A stretch of 64,000 nt of DNA, from NCBI GenBank assembly GCA_014192625.1, contig BJHM01000001.1, positions 187,725-251,724 on the forward strand, given 5' to 3'. Position 1 is the first letter of the stretch. The number at the start of each line of letters is the position of its first letter. Source of the stretch: Planctomycetota bacterium (GTDB lineage: Bacteria; Planctomycetota; UBA1135; UBA2386). The notes beneath the pieces were generated by a model, which searched no databases, was not told the DNA's origin, and saw only the letters and a program-made list of their open reading frames with translations. The translations under genes and the position numbers were made by a program. Of the stretch, positions 42,460 to 52,181 are shown piece after piece.

Positions 42460-45420
42460 ATGCTCACGCTCCAGATTCAGGATCGAGGTCCGTCGTCCGT
42501 TTGTTGTATTGAGATTATGCCCGCAGTTGTGGGTAGTGCAGAAGGGGTAGCCGTGCAGTTGCTTGCAAGTGGGGTGTTGCCGCGGCATGCGCGCTTTGAG
42601 GTGGTGGATGGAGTGCCGCAGGTGGTCGCGCTCGGCGGTAGCACGGTGCTGGTTAATGGTCGAACGGTCCGTCGCGCGCCGTTGCTTTCTGGTGATCGGA
42701 TTGAGGTTGGCGCAGCGGTCATGGTGGTCCGCGTGCAGGCGGCGCCTGCCAAGCTCTTCACATCGCGCGAAGCTCCGTTGCCGGTTCGCAATAGTAAGCA
42801 GCTGCGCCGCCGTGGGAATGCCGCCAAGCTCGGGCTCGCGCTCACTGCCGCAATTGCAGTGGTGGCGATCTTCGTGATGCCCAAGCTGGGGTTTGGTCGG
42901 CCAGAAGAGTTTGCCGAGATGGAACAGCTGCGCCGCGCTGGCAGCTTCGAACTTGCGCGTGAGGTAGCTGACAAGTTGCGGAATGAATGGGTCGTCGATG
43001 ATCCTCTGCGAGCAGCCGAACTCGATGCTTCTTTGGTGCGGCTTCAGACGCTTGAGAACGCTGTGGTCGAGCGCCGCACGAAGCTGCGCGAGTATGCAGT
43101 CGGACACAGCGACGCGCAGTTGCGGTTCGTGTTGCAGCGCGAACAGGAACAGACCGACAATGAGACCATGCGACTGGCAGCAGGGCTGGTTCTCAGGTCG
43201 CTAACGGAGGTGGTAGCTGGTGTTGACCGCAACCCGGTCGCAAAAAATCCAGCAGGGCCTTTCGTCGCGGTGAACAAGGCGCCAACCGAGCAACTGCCAA
43301 CCGCGCCCGCAGTCTCCGCAGCGGCTGATTCGCCCGCAGTTCTCCCAGTTCCCGATTCGCTCAAATCGTCGGTAGGTATCGATGTCGGCTTTTTGCTGTC
43401 GGAGGCGGACCGCTTTGCCAGCCAAGGCCAGATCCGCTTTGCGATCGAGACTCTGCGCGCTGGGATTGCATCGGCAAACGAGGTCGATACCAGCGCGCTG
43501 CTTGCACGGATGACCGCGGTGACGGATCAGGGCATGAAGCTTTGCGACCAGGTCGTTGCGGCGGCCCGCGCGCAGGCTGAGACGGGGCAAATCGCGGCAG
43601 CGATCACGACGCTCGAAGCCGCGGTGCAGCAGTTGCCATCTGGTGGAGCCTTTGCGCCGCTGGGCCAGACCTACCTGCAGCTCCGTAACGAACAAACGTT
43701 GGCCGCGCGCGCCGCCAGAAGTGGCATCAATAAGCCCGGCCTCGCGGTGGTGGCTTCTGAGCCAGTGCGTGGTGTGACGTTGCAGGCATTGGCTTTGCAG
43801 CTCGATAAGATTCAGGCCGCCGAAGCGGTGGGTGACTTTCCGTTGTGCGAGTCGTTGCTGCGCGCCGCCGCAGAGATGGTGAAAGAGCGCGACGCAGATT
43901 ATTCGGCACGCATGCTCGCGCGCGCGACCGAGTATGCCTTGCTGCAAGACCTGCATGTCGCGGTTGCGGCGCAGTTGCAGCAGGGGGCGAAGTTTCCTGT
44001 CACGCTGCAAAGTGGCATTGGCGGAGAACTGCATGCTGCCAATGGCCCGGCGCTGATGGTTGATGTTCTTGGTGTAGATCAGCGCGTGATGTGGCTCGGC
44101 CTCAAGCCGAGCAGCGTCGCGTTGATTGCGATCAGCGGCAAGCTCACGGGCAGGGCCGCGCTGGGTGCTGCTGCCTTGCTGTATCGCGCTACGGAACCCA
44201 GCGAAGCGGAATCGGTGTTGGCAAAAGCGCTGCAGGCAGATGCCGGGCTGAAGGAGAGTGTCGATCGCACGATTGCCAGCGGTCGTGGCGAGTCCTTCGA
44301 TCCGGGCGGCTATACGCTCGGCAAGGATGGCAAGTTTAGTTCGTCGAGTCAGGTGGAAGCAGAGCAAGCGGCACAAAGGGTATTGCTCCGCCTCGATGCG
44401 ACTTTGCGCGGCAAGGACACGCGCGCGCGCGAGCAGTTTACCGCCGACCTCATGCGCCTTCCCAACGGCGCACACGGCCTGGTGGGGCGGGCCTTTGGCA
44501 GTCAGATCAATAAACTGGTCGACCAGATCAATGCCTTGCCGCTGCGCAAGCAGCTTCTGCGCGTGGCTGCGCAGCGCAAGTTGATTGACGATGCGCGCAC
44601 CTTTGCCAAGGAGCTGATTTACGACGAGGCGAAGTATTTTTATCCCTACAAGCCGCCGCAGGTCTCCAGTGACCGCTACGCCGAGTATGTAAGGGTGCAG
44701 GCCGAAGTTGACGCCCGGGTAGCCGCGGTTCGCGAACTGTGGGATGACGCTCGCTTCAACCTGCCGATTCCGGCAAGGGTAAAAGAGGACCTGCAGCGCA
44801 TCGATTGGCTTGCATCCACCATGCAAGGGCTTGGCATCGCCGAGGCATTATCACTCGTCAACGTAGGTTGGGCGCGCGCATTGCCGGCAGCGGTGCCGGT
44901 CACCCTGAAGAACTATTGCAGTACCATTTTGGAACGCGAAGAGTTGGACCTCTGGCAGCGCATCGAGGCATACAACGAAGTGCTCCGCAAGACTGAGAAG
45001 AGCATCTCGCCGGGTGAGTTCGAATTGCTGGCGATTACCAACGAATACCGGGGGATGTTTCGCCATCAGCCGCTCGCTTTGCAGATCAACTGCTGTGCGG
45101 CTGCCCATGGTCACGCCGATGAGATGTCGAAGCTCGGTTACTTCTCGCACTTTTCGCCAACTATGGGCCGCCGCTCGCCGTCCGATCGCATGAAGCTCGC
45201 CGGCTACCCGGGCGGCGCGAGTGAGAACATCGCGCTCGTTGATGGTGCCCTTTCTGCGCACGTCGCATGGCTCCATTCTTCAGGACACCATCGCAATTTG
45301 CTTGAGGCGGGGCACACAGAGATCGGCATCGGTGGTATCGGACGCTATTGGGTGCAAAACTTTGGTGTTGGTCGCACGTATCAGGAGCACCCGGCATGGC
45401 GTGCACTGGGCAAAAATTAA
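42460..45420 (+). CDS. FHA domain - single TM - long helical region - C-terminal CAP/SCP (PR-1-like) domain protein
   Basis: ATG 42460 is preferred (MLTLQIQD...). FHA-like N-terminus (VVGSAEGVAVQL...VSRxHARFEV...VLVNGR...L..GD.IEVG), TM helix LGLALTAAIAVVAIFVM, C-terminal CAP block (NEYR...LAL...AAAHGHADEM...YFSHFSP...GENIA...WLHSSGHHRNLL...EIGIG). Confidence 0.75.
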   Translation: MLTLQIQDRGPSSVCCIEIMPAVVGSAEGVAVQLLASGVLPRHARFEVVDGVPQVVALGGSTVLVNGRTVRRAPLLSGDRIEVGAAVMVVRVQAAPAKLFTSREAPLPVRNSKQLRRRGNAAKLGLALTAAIAVVAIFVMPKLGFGRPEEFAEMEQLRRAGSFELAREVADKLRNEWVVDDPLRAAELDASLVRLQTLENAVVERRTKLREYAVGHSDAQLRFVLQREQEQTDNETMRLAAGLVLRSLTEVVAGVDRNPVAKNPAGPFVAVNKAPTEQLPTAPAVSAAADSPAVLPVPDSLKSSVGIDVGFLLSEADRFASQGQIRFAIETLRAGIASANEVDTSALLARMTAVTDQGMKLCDQVVAAARAQAETGQIAAAITTLEAAVQQLPSGGAFAPLGQTYLQLRNEQTLAARAARSGINKPGLAVVASEPVRGVTLQALALQLDKIQAAEAVGDFPLCESLLRAAAEMVKERDADYSARMLARATEYALLQDLHVAVAAQLQQGAKFPVTLQSGIGGELHAANGPALMVDVLGVDQRVMWLGLKPSSVALIAISGKLTGRAALGAAALLYRATEPSEAESVLAKALQADAGLKESVDRTIASGRGESFDPGGYTLGKDGKFSSSSQVEAEQAAQRVLLRLDATLRGKDTRAREQFTADLMRLPNGAHGLVGRAFGSQINKLVDQINALPLRKQLLRVAAQRKLIDDARTFAKELIYDEAKYFYPYKPPQVSSDRYAEYVRVQAEVDARVAAVRELWDDARFNLPIPARVKEDLQRIDWLASTMQGLGIAEALSLVNVGWARALPAAVPVTLKNYCSTILEREELDLWQRIEAYNEVLRKTEKSISPGEFELLAITNEYRGMFRHQPLALQINCCAAAHGHADEMSKLGYFSHFSPTMGRRSPSDRMKLAGYPGGASENIALVDGALSAHVAWLHSSGHHRNLLEAGHTEIGIGGIGRYWVQNFGVGRTYQEHPAWRALGKN

Positions 45421-45680
45421 GGAGCTTTTAGGCCAGCACAAAGTGACGGGCGGTTGGTTTTGCGGCAGCTTCTGCAGCATCGGTGCGGATGCGGTTCGTC
45501 TTGTCGATTTTGTGCTCGCCGTTGCCGGTAGATGTGTTGCGCGGGTGCGGTCCTATTGGCCGAGCCCGAACGCTGCGACGGGTGTAAGCCTGCCTTTGTG
45601 AGCTAGCGTCCGAGCTGTGCGCGTTGCCGCTTCACTGCTACGACAACGATCGATGTCGTGGCGGGGTCTTTTCGAGCTGG

Positions 45681-46661
45681 CTAACGTTGTTCGCGTAGGG
45701 CGAGCAGGGAGCGGGCCGCGGCTGGTGGCAGTTCGCGGCCTGCGGCCACGGCGGCGCGTAGTGCTGGCAGCGCCGCTTGCACGCGCGGATCGGCGAAGAA
45801 CGCATCGAGCAGATACTGGCGCAGCGTCGCGTCGAGCCACTGCTGTTGCTGCTGCTCGCGACGTTGTTGCAGCGAGCCATTGGCGCGCGCGGTTGCCACT
45901 TGTTGCGCGATCGCATGCCACAACTCGTCGATGCCTTTGCCGGTGGCCGACGAGCCAACGACTACCGGTGGCTTTTGCGTGCTACCTGCGTGCAGCACAT
46001 GCAGGGCAAGCAGCACCTGTTGCGCTGCGCGATCGGCGGCCGCCGCAAGGTCGCCGTCGGCCTTGTGCACGAGAATGCCGTCGCACAATTCCATCACACC
46101 GCGCTTGATGCCTTGCAGCTCGTCGCCGGCCGCAGGTGACAATAGCAACAGGAAGAAGTCGACCATGCCGGCCACAGCGGTTTCGGACTGGCCCGTGCCG
46201 ATGGTCTCGACGAGCACGATGTCAAAGCCCGCAGCCTCGCACAGCAGCATCGCTTCGCGGGTGCTCGCAGCAACGCCGCCGAGCGTGGCGCCGCCGGGCG
46301 ATGGACGGATGAACGCGCTCGGATGCCGCGCAAGATCTTGCATACGCGTCTTGTCGCCGAGGATGCTGCCGCCGGTGATGGTGCTGCTCGGGTCAACCGC
46401 GAGCACGGCGACCTTATGGCCGCGCGCGCAGAGTCGCATGCCGAGCACTTCGATCAGCGTGCTCTTGCCGATGCCAGGTGCCCCGGTGATGCCAAGGCGC
46501 AGCGCGTTGCCGGTGTTTGGCAACAGACTGCGCAGCAAGGCCTCTGCTCGCACGCGGTCATCGTCGCGACGACTCTCGACCAACGTGATTGCGCGCGCCA
46601 GTGCCTGGCGGTCGCCGCTCTGGATTGCGTTTGCGAGTGATGCGATCGAAGTCACTGGCAA
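45681..46661 (-). CDS. meaB: methylmalonyl-CoA mutase-associated GTPase (MeaB/ArgK, G3E family)
   Basis: 326 aa. P-loop GAPGIGKSTLIE, GDKTRM, VETIGTGQSE and HKADGD blocks. Confidence 0.9.
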   Translation of the reverse strand: MPVTSIASLANAIQSGDRQALARAITLVESRRDDDRVRAEALLRSLLPNTGNALRLGITGAPGIGKSTLIEVLGMRLCARGHKVAVLAVDPSSTITGGSILGDKTRMQDLARHPSAFIRPSPGGATLGGVAASTREAMLLCEAAGFDIVLVETIGTGQSETAVAGMVDFFLLLLSPAAGDELQGIKRGVMELCDGILVHKADGDLAAAADRAAQQVLLALHVLHAGSTQKPPVVVGSSATGKGIDELWHAIAQQVATARANGSLQQRREQQQQQWLDATLRQYLLDAFFADPRVQAALPALRAAVAAGRELPPAAARSLLALREQR

Positions 46662-46810
46662 GGGAGGCTAGTGCCACGCCTCTGAGTTTCCACGCGTTTC
46701 GCATCCGAGCTTTTATGCAAACGGGCTTTTTGGTCTGCCGAGTAGGGTGTGCTGGCGCGCGCGCCGCGCCGTGTTATCAGCTTTGTCCATAACGGCATTA
46801 GACTGCGCCG

Positions 46811-47788
46811 ATGCTAGCCCTGCTCCTCGCTATGCTGCTGCCGCAGTCGCCGCCCTTGCCAAGCGCTCTTTCTGCCACGCAAGTCCCCGCCACTGATGGC
46901 ACGTTCCCAGTTGGCCGTTCGGCGCGCACGCTGCGCCTTGGCGACGTTGACTTGGAGGTGTTCGTGTATCGCCCTGCTCAGTGGCGTGCGACGCGCATGC
47001 TGTTGGTGATGCACGGCGTGCTGCGCAATGCCTTTGAGTATCGCGACCACGCAGTCGCAATGGCGGATCGCTTTGACGCGCTCATCGTGGCGCCGAAGTT
47101 TGACAGCGAGCGATTTCCTAGCCGAAAGTTTCAGCGCGGCGGCATCCTGCGCGAGGATGGTTCAGCTGCAAAGCCGGGCGAGTGGACCTATGCATTGATC
47201 CCGCAGCTGGCTGCCAGCGCGCGGGCAATCGTTGGTAATGCGACCATGCCGTTTTGGATCATCGGCCACTCGGCGGGCGGCCAGTTTGTAATGCGCATGA
47301 GTGCGTTTTTAGAAACTGGCGCCGAGCGCCTGGTCGCTGCCAACCCGGGGACAGATCTGTTCCCGGTGCGCTCACGTCCGTTTGGTTACGGCTTTGGTGG
47401 TTTGCCGGAAGATCTCAGCAGTGATGATCGGCTGCGTCAGTATCTCGCTGCGCCGTTGACGATTTACCTCGGCACCGCCGATGACGCGCCGGACGAAGAC
47501 TTTGATACCAGCGCAACTGGCATGTTGCAGGGGCCTGGTCGCCACCAGCGCGGACTCGCGTGCTACTGGACAGGCAGGACGCTCGCTGAGTTGCGTGGTT
47601 GGCCATTTGCATGGCGACTCGTCGAGGCGAATGGTGTTGGCCACGATCACGAAAAGATGTTCGCGCATCCAAACTGCGAGCAGGCGTTGTTTGGCAGCGG
47701 CGGCTTGCCTGCGCCAGTGCCATCGTCCGGCCTCAGGGTGCCAGAGAAGGATGCGCCACACTCGGCGACCGGCAAGCAGGATGCCTAG
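46811..47788 (+). CDS. alpha/beta hydrolase (esterase/depolymerase-like)
   Basis: 325 aa with a hydrophobic N-terminus, a nucleophile elbow GHSAGG and a late His (GVGHDHE). Confidence 0.65.
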   Translation: MLALLLAMLLPQSPPLPSALSATQVPATDGTFPVGRSARTLRLGDVDLEVFVYRPAQWRATRMLLVMHGVLRNAFEYRDHAVAMADRFDALIVAPKFDSERFPSRKFQRGGILREDGSAAKPGEWTYALIPQLAASARAIVGNATMPFWIIGHSAGGQFVMRMSAFLETGAERLVAANPGTDLFPVRSRPFGYGFGGLPEDLSSDDRLRQYLAAPLTIYLGTADDAPDEDFDTSATGMLQGPGRHQRGLACYWTGRTLAELRGWPFAWRLVEANGVGHDHEKMFAHPNCEQALFGSGGLPAPVPSSGLRVPEKDAPHSATGKQDA

Positions 47789-47824
47789 TCGCGCCCGGCG
47801 CGGCGCACAGTTGCACGCAGTGGC

Positions 47825-49381
47825 TCAGCTCAGTTTTTCACTGATCGTCTTCGCCTGCAGGAACTGCAGCAGGTAGTCGGGGCCGCCGGCCTTGCTGTCC
47901 GTGCCCGACATGTTGAAGCCGCCAAATGGATGCGCACCGACGAGTGCGCCAGTGCACTTGCGGTTGATGTAAAAGTTGCCGACGTGAAAGCGGCGGCGCG
48001 CGATGGCCTTGTGCTGTTCGTTCGTGGTGAACAAAGAGCCAGTAAGGCCGTATTCAGTGTTGTTGGCGACGGTGAGGCCCTCCTCAAAGTCTTTCACCCG
48101 AATCAGTGCCAGCACTGGGCCGAAGATCTCTTCCAGTGAGATTTTGGCATCGGGTGCTACGTCGCCGATCACGGTCGGTCTCACGTAGTAGCCGGACTTC
48201 GGGCCCGTCGTGCCGCCGGCGAGCAACGTGCCTTCCTGCTTGCCAGTCTCGATGTATTCGAGGGTCTTCTTCTGTGCGGCAGCATCGACCATCGGGCCCA
48301 TATAGTTGGTGCGTTGCTTTGGATGGCCCATCTGGATCGCCTCGACCTTGGGGATCAGTCTCTTGACGAACTCGTCGTAGATGTCCTGGTGCAGAATCGC
48401 GCGGCTGCAAGCCGAGCACTTTTGGCCTTGGTAGCCAAAAGCCGAGGCGAACACTGCATCGACCGCAGCTTCGAGGTTGCAATCCTTGTCGACCAGGATG
48501 CTGTCTTTGCCACCCATCTCAGCGATCAGGCGCTTCATCCAGATCTGGCCGGGTTTTGTCTTGGACGATTGGTCGAAGATCCAGAGGCCGACATCGCGAC
48601 TGCCGGTGAAGGAGATAAAGCGCGTGAGCTTGTGCTGGACGAGGGCGCTACCGATCTTCGAGCCAGGGCCGGTGATCAGGTTGAGCACATTCCTCGGTAG
48701 TCCGCACTCGTGCATCAAGTTGACAAACATTCCGGCAACCAGAGGCGATTGGCTTGCTGGTTTCAACACGATGGTGTTGCCGGCGAGCATCGCTGCGGAT
48801 GCCATGCCGGCCATGATTGCGAGTGGGAAGTTCCACGGCGGGATGATCGCGCCCACGCCGAGCGGGATATAGATCATCTGATTGCGTTCGCCTATGACTG
48901 GCGTGACTGGTTGCGGCTTTCCCATCCGCAGCATCTGGCCCGCGTAGTAGTCGAGGAAGTCGATTGCCTCGGCGGTATCGCCGTCGGCCTCGGCCCAAGA
49001 CTTGCCGACTTCAAAGCACAGCATCGCCGAGAAATCGTGCTTGCGCTCCCGCATTTTCTGGGCGGCGGCGAAGAAGATCTTCGCGCGCTCTGCAACCGGT
49101 GTGTCGGCCCACTCCGGGAACGCTGAGTGGGCGGCTTCGACTGCTCGGTTGGCATCGGCCTCGCTCAGTAGCGGGAAGGTGCCGATGACGCGCGTGATCT
49201 CGCCAGGATCATGCGTGGTGAAGGTCGCAACACTGCGAACCTCCTTGCCGTCGATCCAGCACGGCCAAGACTTGCCGAGCACCGACGATTCGATCTTCGT
49301 CAATGAAAGGGCAAAGGCCTGTTGTTGTTCGAGACTGGAGAAGTCGGTGAAAGGCTCGTTGCTGAAGTCAGGCAAATGCAT
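47825..49381 (-). CDS. pruA: L-glutamate gamma-semialdehyde (1-pyrroline-5-carboxylate) dehydrogenase
   Basis: Trimmed to ATG 49381 (MHLPDFSNEPFTDF). ALDH blocks FTGS, EMGGKDSILVD and GYQGQKCSACSRAILH match the RocA/PruA type. 518 aa. Confidence 0.85.
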   Translation of the reverse strand: MHLPDFSNEPFTDFSSLEQQQAFALSLTKIESSVLGKSWPCWIDGKEVRSVATFTTHDPGEITRVIGTFPLLSEADANRAVEAAHSAFPEWADTPVAERAKIFFAAAQKMRERKHDFSAMLCFEVGKSWAEADGDTAEAIDFLDYYAGQMLRMGKPQPVTPVIGERNQMIYIPLGVGAIIPPWNFPLAIMAGMASAAMLAGNTIVLKPASQSPLVAGMFVNLMHECGLPRNVLNLITGPGSKIGSALVQHKLTRFISFTGSRDVGLWIFDQSSKTKPGQIWMKRLIAEMGGKDSILVDKDCNLEAAVDAVFASAFGYQGQKCSACSRAILHQDIYDEFVKRLIPKVEAIQMGHPKQRTNYMGPMVDAAAQKKTLEYIETGKQEGTLLAGGTTGPKSGYYVRPTVIGDVAPDAKISLEEIFGPVLALIRVKDFEEGLTVANNTEYGLTGSLFTTNEQHKAIARRRFHVGNFYINRKCTGALVGAHPFGGFNMSGTDSKAGGPDYLLQFLQAKTISEKLS

Positions 49382-49571
49382 GGTTCGATTCGCGAGCGAC
49401 GAATGTATGCCGCGGCCGCAATGCGAGCCACAAAAAGCACGCGGCCCACTGGAAGGTTTCCAGTGAGCCACGTTTTAGGATCAGGGAACTGGGTTGCCGT
49501 AGTCGCGGCAACCCTGCAACAAGAGTTTGGTTCGCCAACCGGTCTGTGACCGTTGGGCTAAATGCGGTTTG

Positions 49572-49757
49572 TTACGACGCCTGCCACTTGTGGCGCTGGA
49601 TCGTATCGTGGAAGCGGATGGAGTCTTCGCGGCTGAAGATGCGCACCTTGCTGTGGCACTTCACACAGAAGGAGTGGTCGGTGCTCATCAGGTAGGGCAC
49701 GTATTCCTTGCAGGTCTCGCACCACTTCCGCTCGCAGTAGAAATTTGAGTTTGACAT
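49572..49757 (-). CDS. small zinc-ribbon protein (CxxC...CxxC), function unknown
   Basis: 61 aa with strongly G/C-biased third codon positions. Cys pairs WCETC and FCVKC are 14 residues apart. Confidence 0.6.
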   Translation of the reverse strand: MSNSNFYCERKWCETCKEYVPYLMSTDHSFCVKCHSKVRIFSREDSIRFHDTIQRHKWQAS

Positions 49758-50040
49758 AGGACCTGGTTGTTAGCCATGAGGCTTGCGGGCGCTCCGCGAG
49801 CTCTTGAATAAAGCAACTACCTTGCCAAGTGCGGTGTTGCGCAGCGCTACTGCGGAGCTTCACTCCGTGTCATCGCGGGAGCGGACAGGAGAGATTCTGG
49901 GGGACAGTTTTTGGCTCGGCTCCGTGGTCGCAGAAGCAAGACCTGGGGCCGCGCACTGGCTACTGGTTTTGCTGTGAAGTGTCGGTGCGACTGCGGAAGC
50001 GCCTTTGTCGCAATAATGCGACGGGTCGCCAGCGTGCGAC

Positions 50041-51165
50041 TCAGCGATTTTCGTCGATCGTCGATGCGATGTCGTTGCGCACTGTGGCATCGACCTCGCG
50101 GCTGAGTGCGCGGTCGAGCGACGCATGCCTCGGCGCAATGCGGCCGATGGCCCATGCCGCGTGGCCGCGCACCAACGGGTCGTTGTCCGCTAGTGCGCGT
50201 TCGAGCGCTGGCAGCGCGCTCGGGTCGCCGAGGTTGCCGAGCACAACGGCTGCATTGCGGCGCAGGCCTGATTGCGTCGCGCGGCGCATCGCAGTGCCGG
50301 TCCACTCGGCTTGGTATTCTGCCGCATCGAGTTCTAATACGTCGACCAGCGTCCACGTGGCGAGCAGCCGGTGCGGTTGCAGATCTCGCGGCCGATCGCC
50401 GCCGGTGCGTGGCAATAGTGAACTGCGTTTTGTGAACGGGCAGACCTCAAGACACACGTCGCAGCCGAAGAAGTGATCGCCCTGCTTGGCTCGCAGGTCG
50501 CGCGGGATGGGGCCGCGTAGTTCGATCGTTGTGTAGCTCAGGCAGCGCCGCGCGTCGACTTCGTGCGGGGCCACGATCGCCTGCGTCGGACACGCATCGA
50601 TGCAGGCCGTGCAGGTGCCGCACGAACCCGGCGAGGGACCATCCGGCGGCAGGTCCATCCCGGTCAGTAACTCAGCGAGTTGCAGGTATGGGCCGTGGGT
50701 GGGTGAGATCACCATGGCGCTTTTAGCGAGGAAGCCGATGCCAGAGCGCACGGCCAGTGCGCGCTCGAGGACTGGCACCGCGTCGGCGCCGCCATTCATC
50801 GAACCGTAGGGGACACCTTCCTGCTCAAGTGTGGTGCGTAGCTTATAGACGCGGTCACGCAACCAACGATGGTAGTCGCGGCCACTCGCGTAGCGGGCCA
50901 CTTGGCCACCGCCGTCTAATTGCGCTGGCGGGCCGCCATAGTCGACGGCAAGTGTGATTGCCGAGCGCACGCCCTGCCGCCAAGTTTGCGGCTCTACGAT
51001 TCGTTCCCGGTTGTCAGCCAGATACTGCATCTCGCCGTGCCGGCCTTTTTCTAGCCAGGACAGAAAATGCTGGCCGAACGGGCCTGGGTCCACGGGGCCG
51101 AACCGCACGAGGTCGAACCCGCAGTCGAAAGCTAGTTCGCGAATTCGTTCAGCGGCCGGTGCCAT
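50041..51165 (-). CDS. queG: tRNA epoxyqueuosine(34) reductase
   Basis: 374 aa. Ferredoxin-type clusters CGTCTACIDACPT and CDVCLEVCP, with C-terminal HEAT-like repeats (DPLVRGHAAWAIGRI). Confidence 0.9.
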   Translation of the reverse strand: MAPAAERIRELAFDCGFDLVRFGPVDPGPFGQHFLSWLEKGRHGEMQYLADNRERIVEPQTWRQGVRSAITLAVDYGGPPAQLDGGGQVARYASGRDYHRWLRDRVYKLRTTLEQEGVPYGSMNGGADAVPVLERALAVRSGIGFLAKSAMVISPTHGPYLQLAELLTGMDLPPDGPSPGSCGTCTACIDACPTQAIVAPHEVDARRCLSYTTIELRGPIPRDLRAKQGDHFFGCDVCLEVCPFTKRSSLLPRTGGDRPRDLQPHRLLATWTLVDVLELDAAEYQAEWTGTAMRRATQSGLRRNAAVVLGNLGDPSALPALERALADNDPLVRGHAAWAIGRIAPRHASLDRALSREVDATVRNDIASTIDENR

Positions 51166-51238
51166 GGCTCAAGTCAGTGTGGCGTGGCACCCGATGAAAA
51201 GTAAAGCCAACCTCGCTGGTTCGCAAAAGGATCGCTCT

Positions 51239-51985
51239 ATGCACTCGCCAATCGAACAACGCATCACGCATCTCACTGAGTCTGAGTTCGTGTTGCCGAA
51301 GCCGCCGAAAGCGCACAGCGAACTGCTGGTCGCAGCCGAGCCCGGCGTGGCAAGGTCGCTGCTGCAGCGCGCCGTATCGTGTTCTGCCTTGGCTGGTGCT
51401 CGGATGTGCGTGCTGCTCGATTGCCAGGAGTTATTCTTTGCCGAGATCCGCGTAGAACTAGGCGGCATCCGCGCCGCGCTGACAGGTGTTGAGTTGGAGC
51501 GGGTGACTGCTCATGCGCGCACGATCGACGAGATCCTCGACTGGTGTGATGCGGCGCATCTGGAAGCAAAGCAGGAAGCGCACCGGGCCGCGCATGGTGA
51601 ACAGTTGGTTGATCTGAATGAGCTTTGCGAAGACGTAGTTTACGAGCTCGCAAAACTTCGCCCTGAGATCCTCGTGCAGGTCCACGGCGGCGCCACTTGT
51701 GGAGTCTTTGCCAAGGTGGTGGAGCTTTTTGCTCTTGTGCGCATGGCTATCGAGCGGGTGGCAGATCGCGTTGGTGGGCACGGCAACGTTAGTCTTTCGA
51801 TTCAGGGTGACGAGTTGGCAACGAGCCTGTGGATTCGCGCCAATGGCGAACCTGTGGCGACCATGGACACCGTTACTCTGCAACGCTTCCGCGCGGCGGC
51901 CACAGCCCTAGGTGTGGCCATCTACCCCGATTCGTCTGGCCCGCATGGGACGGGGCTGATTCTTGGGCTTGCCGGAAGCCGTTGA
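51239..51985 (+). CDS. hypothetical protein; C-terminal half faintly resembles a histidine-kinase ATPase domain lacking N- and G-boxes
   Basis: ORF 50954.. overlaps queG and was trimmed. Possible starts are 51164, 51194 and 51239. The layout VDLNELCEDVV...ILVQV...VSLSIQGDE...LWIRANGEP...GTGLILGL is reminiscent of HATPase_c, but the catalytic residues are not evident. Confidence 0.45.
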   Translation: MHSPIEQRITHLTESEFVLPKPPKAHSELLVAAEPGVARSLLQRAVSCSALAGARMCVLLDCQELFFAEIRVELGGIRAALTGVELERVTAHARTIDEILDWCDAAHLEAKQEAHRAAHGEQLVDLNELCEDVVYELAKLRPEILVQVHGGATCGVFAKVVELFALVRMAIERVADRVGGHGNVSLSIQGDELATSLWIRANGEPVATMDTVTLQRFRAAATALGVAIYPDSSGPHGTGLILGLAGSR

Positions 51986-52181
51986 CGGCACGAACGGGCG
52001 GCCAAAAAGGCCAGTCCGCAGCAGCTTAGTGCGCGATGTCTCTGCTTTCTCGCTGGTGCGAATCAGGTGCTTAGGCGGTGGTTACTTTTGCCGGTTACTT
52101 CCAGCTAAAGGCATAGCTATGGCATGATGGCGCTCGTAGAGCATCCCAGTGGATCTGCTAGTGCCAACGGAGGTCTTAGCC

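Noticed and set aside
43201-44826. 541-aa ORF on the minus strand
   Set aside because: It lies entirely antisense to the 42460..45420 gene, whose reading frame is continuous between recognisable FHA and CAP domains. Its translation is Arg/Leu/Gln-rich with no motifs. Long antisense ORFs are expected in ~62% GC DNA.
51185-51211. TGGCACC-N15-CCAAC as a third copy of the ECF-type motif, or TGGCAC as a -24 element
   Set aside because: Only 9 of 12 motif positions match and the CGT core of the -10 element is missing. No TTGC lies at the sigma-54 -12 distance. The site may lie inside the coding region, depending on the true start.
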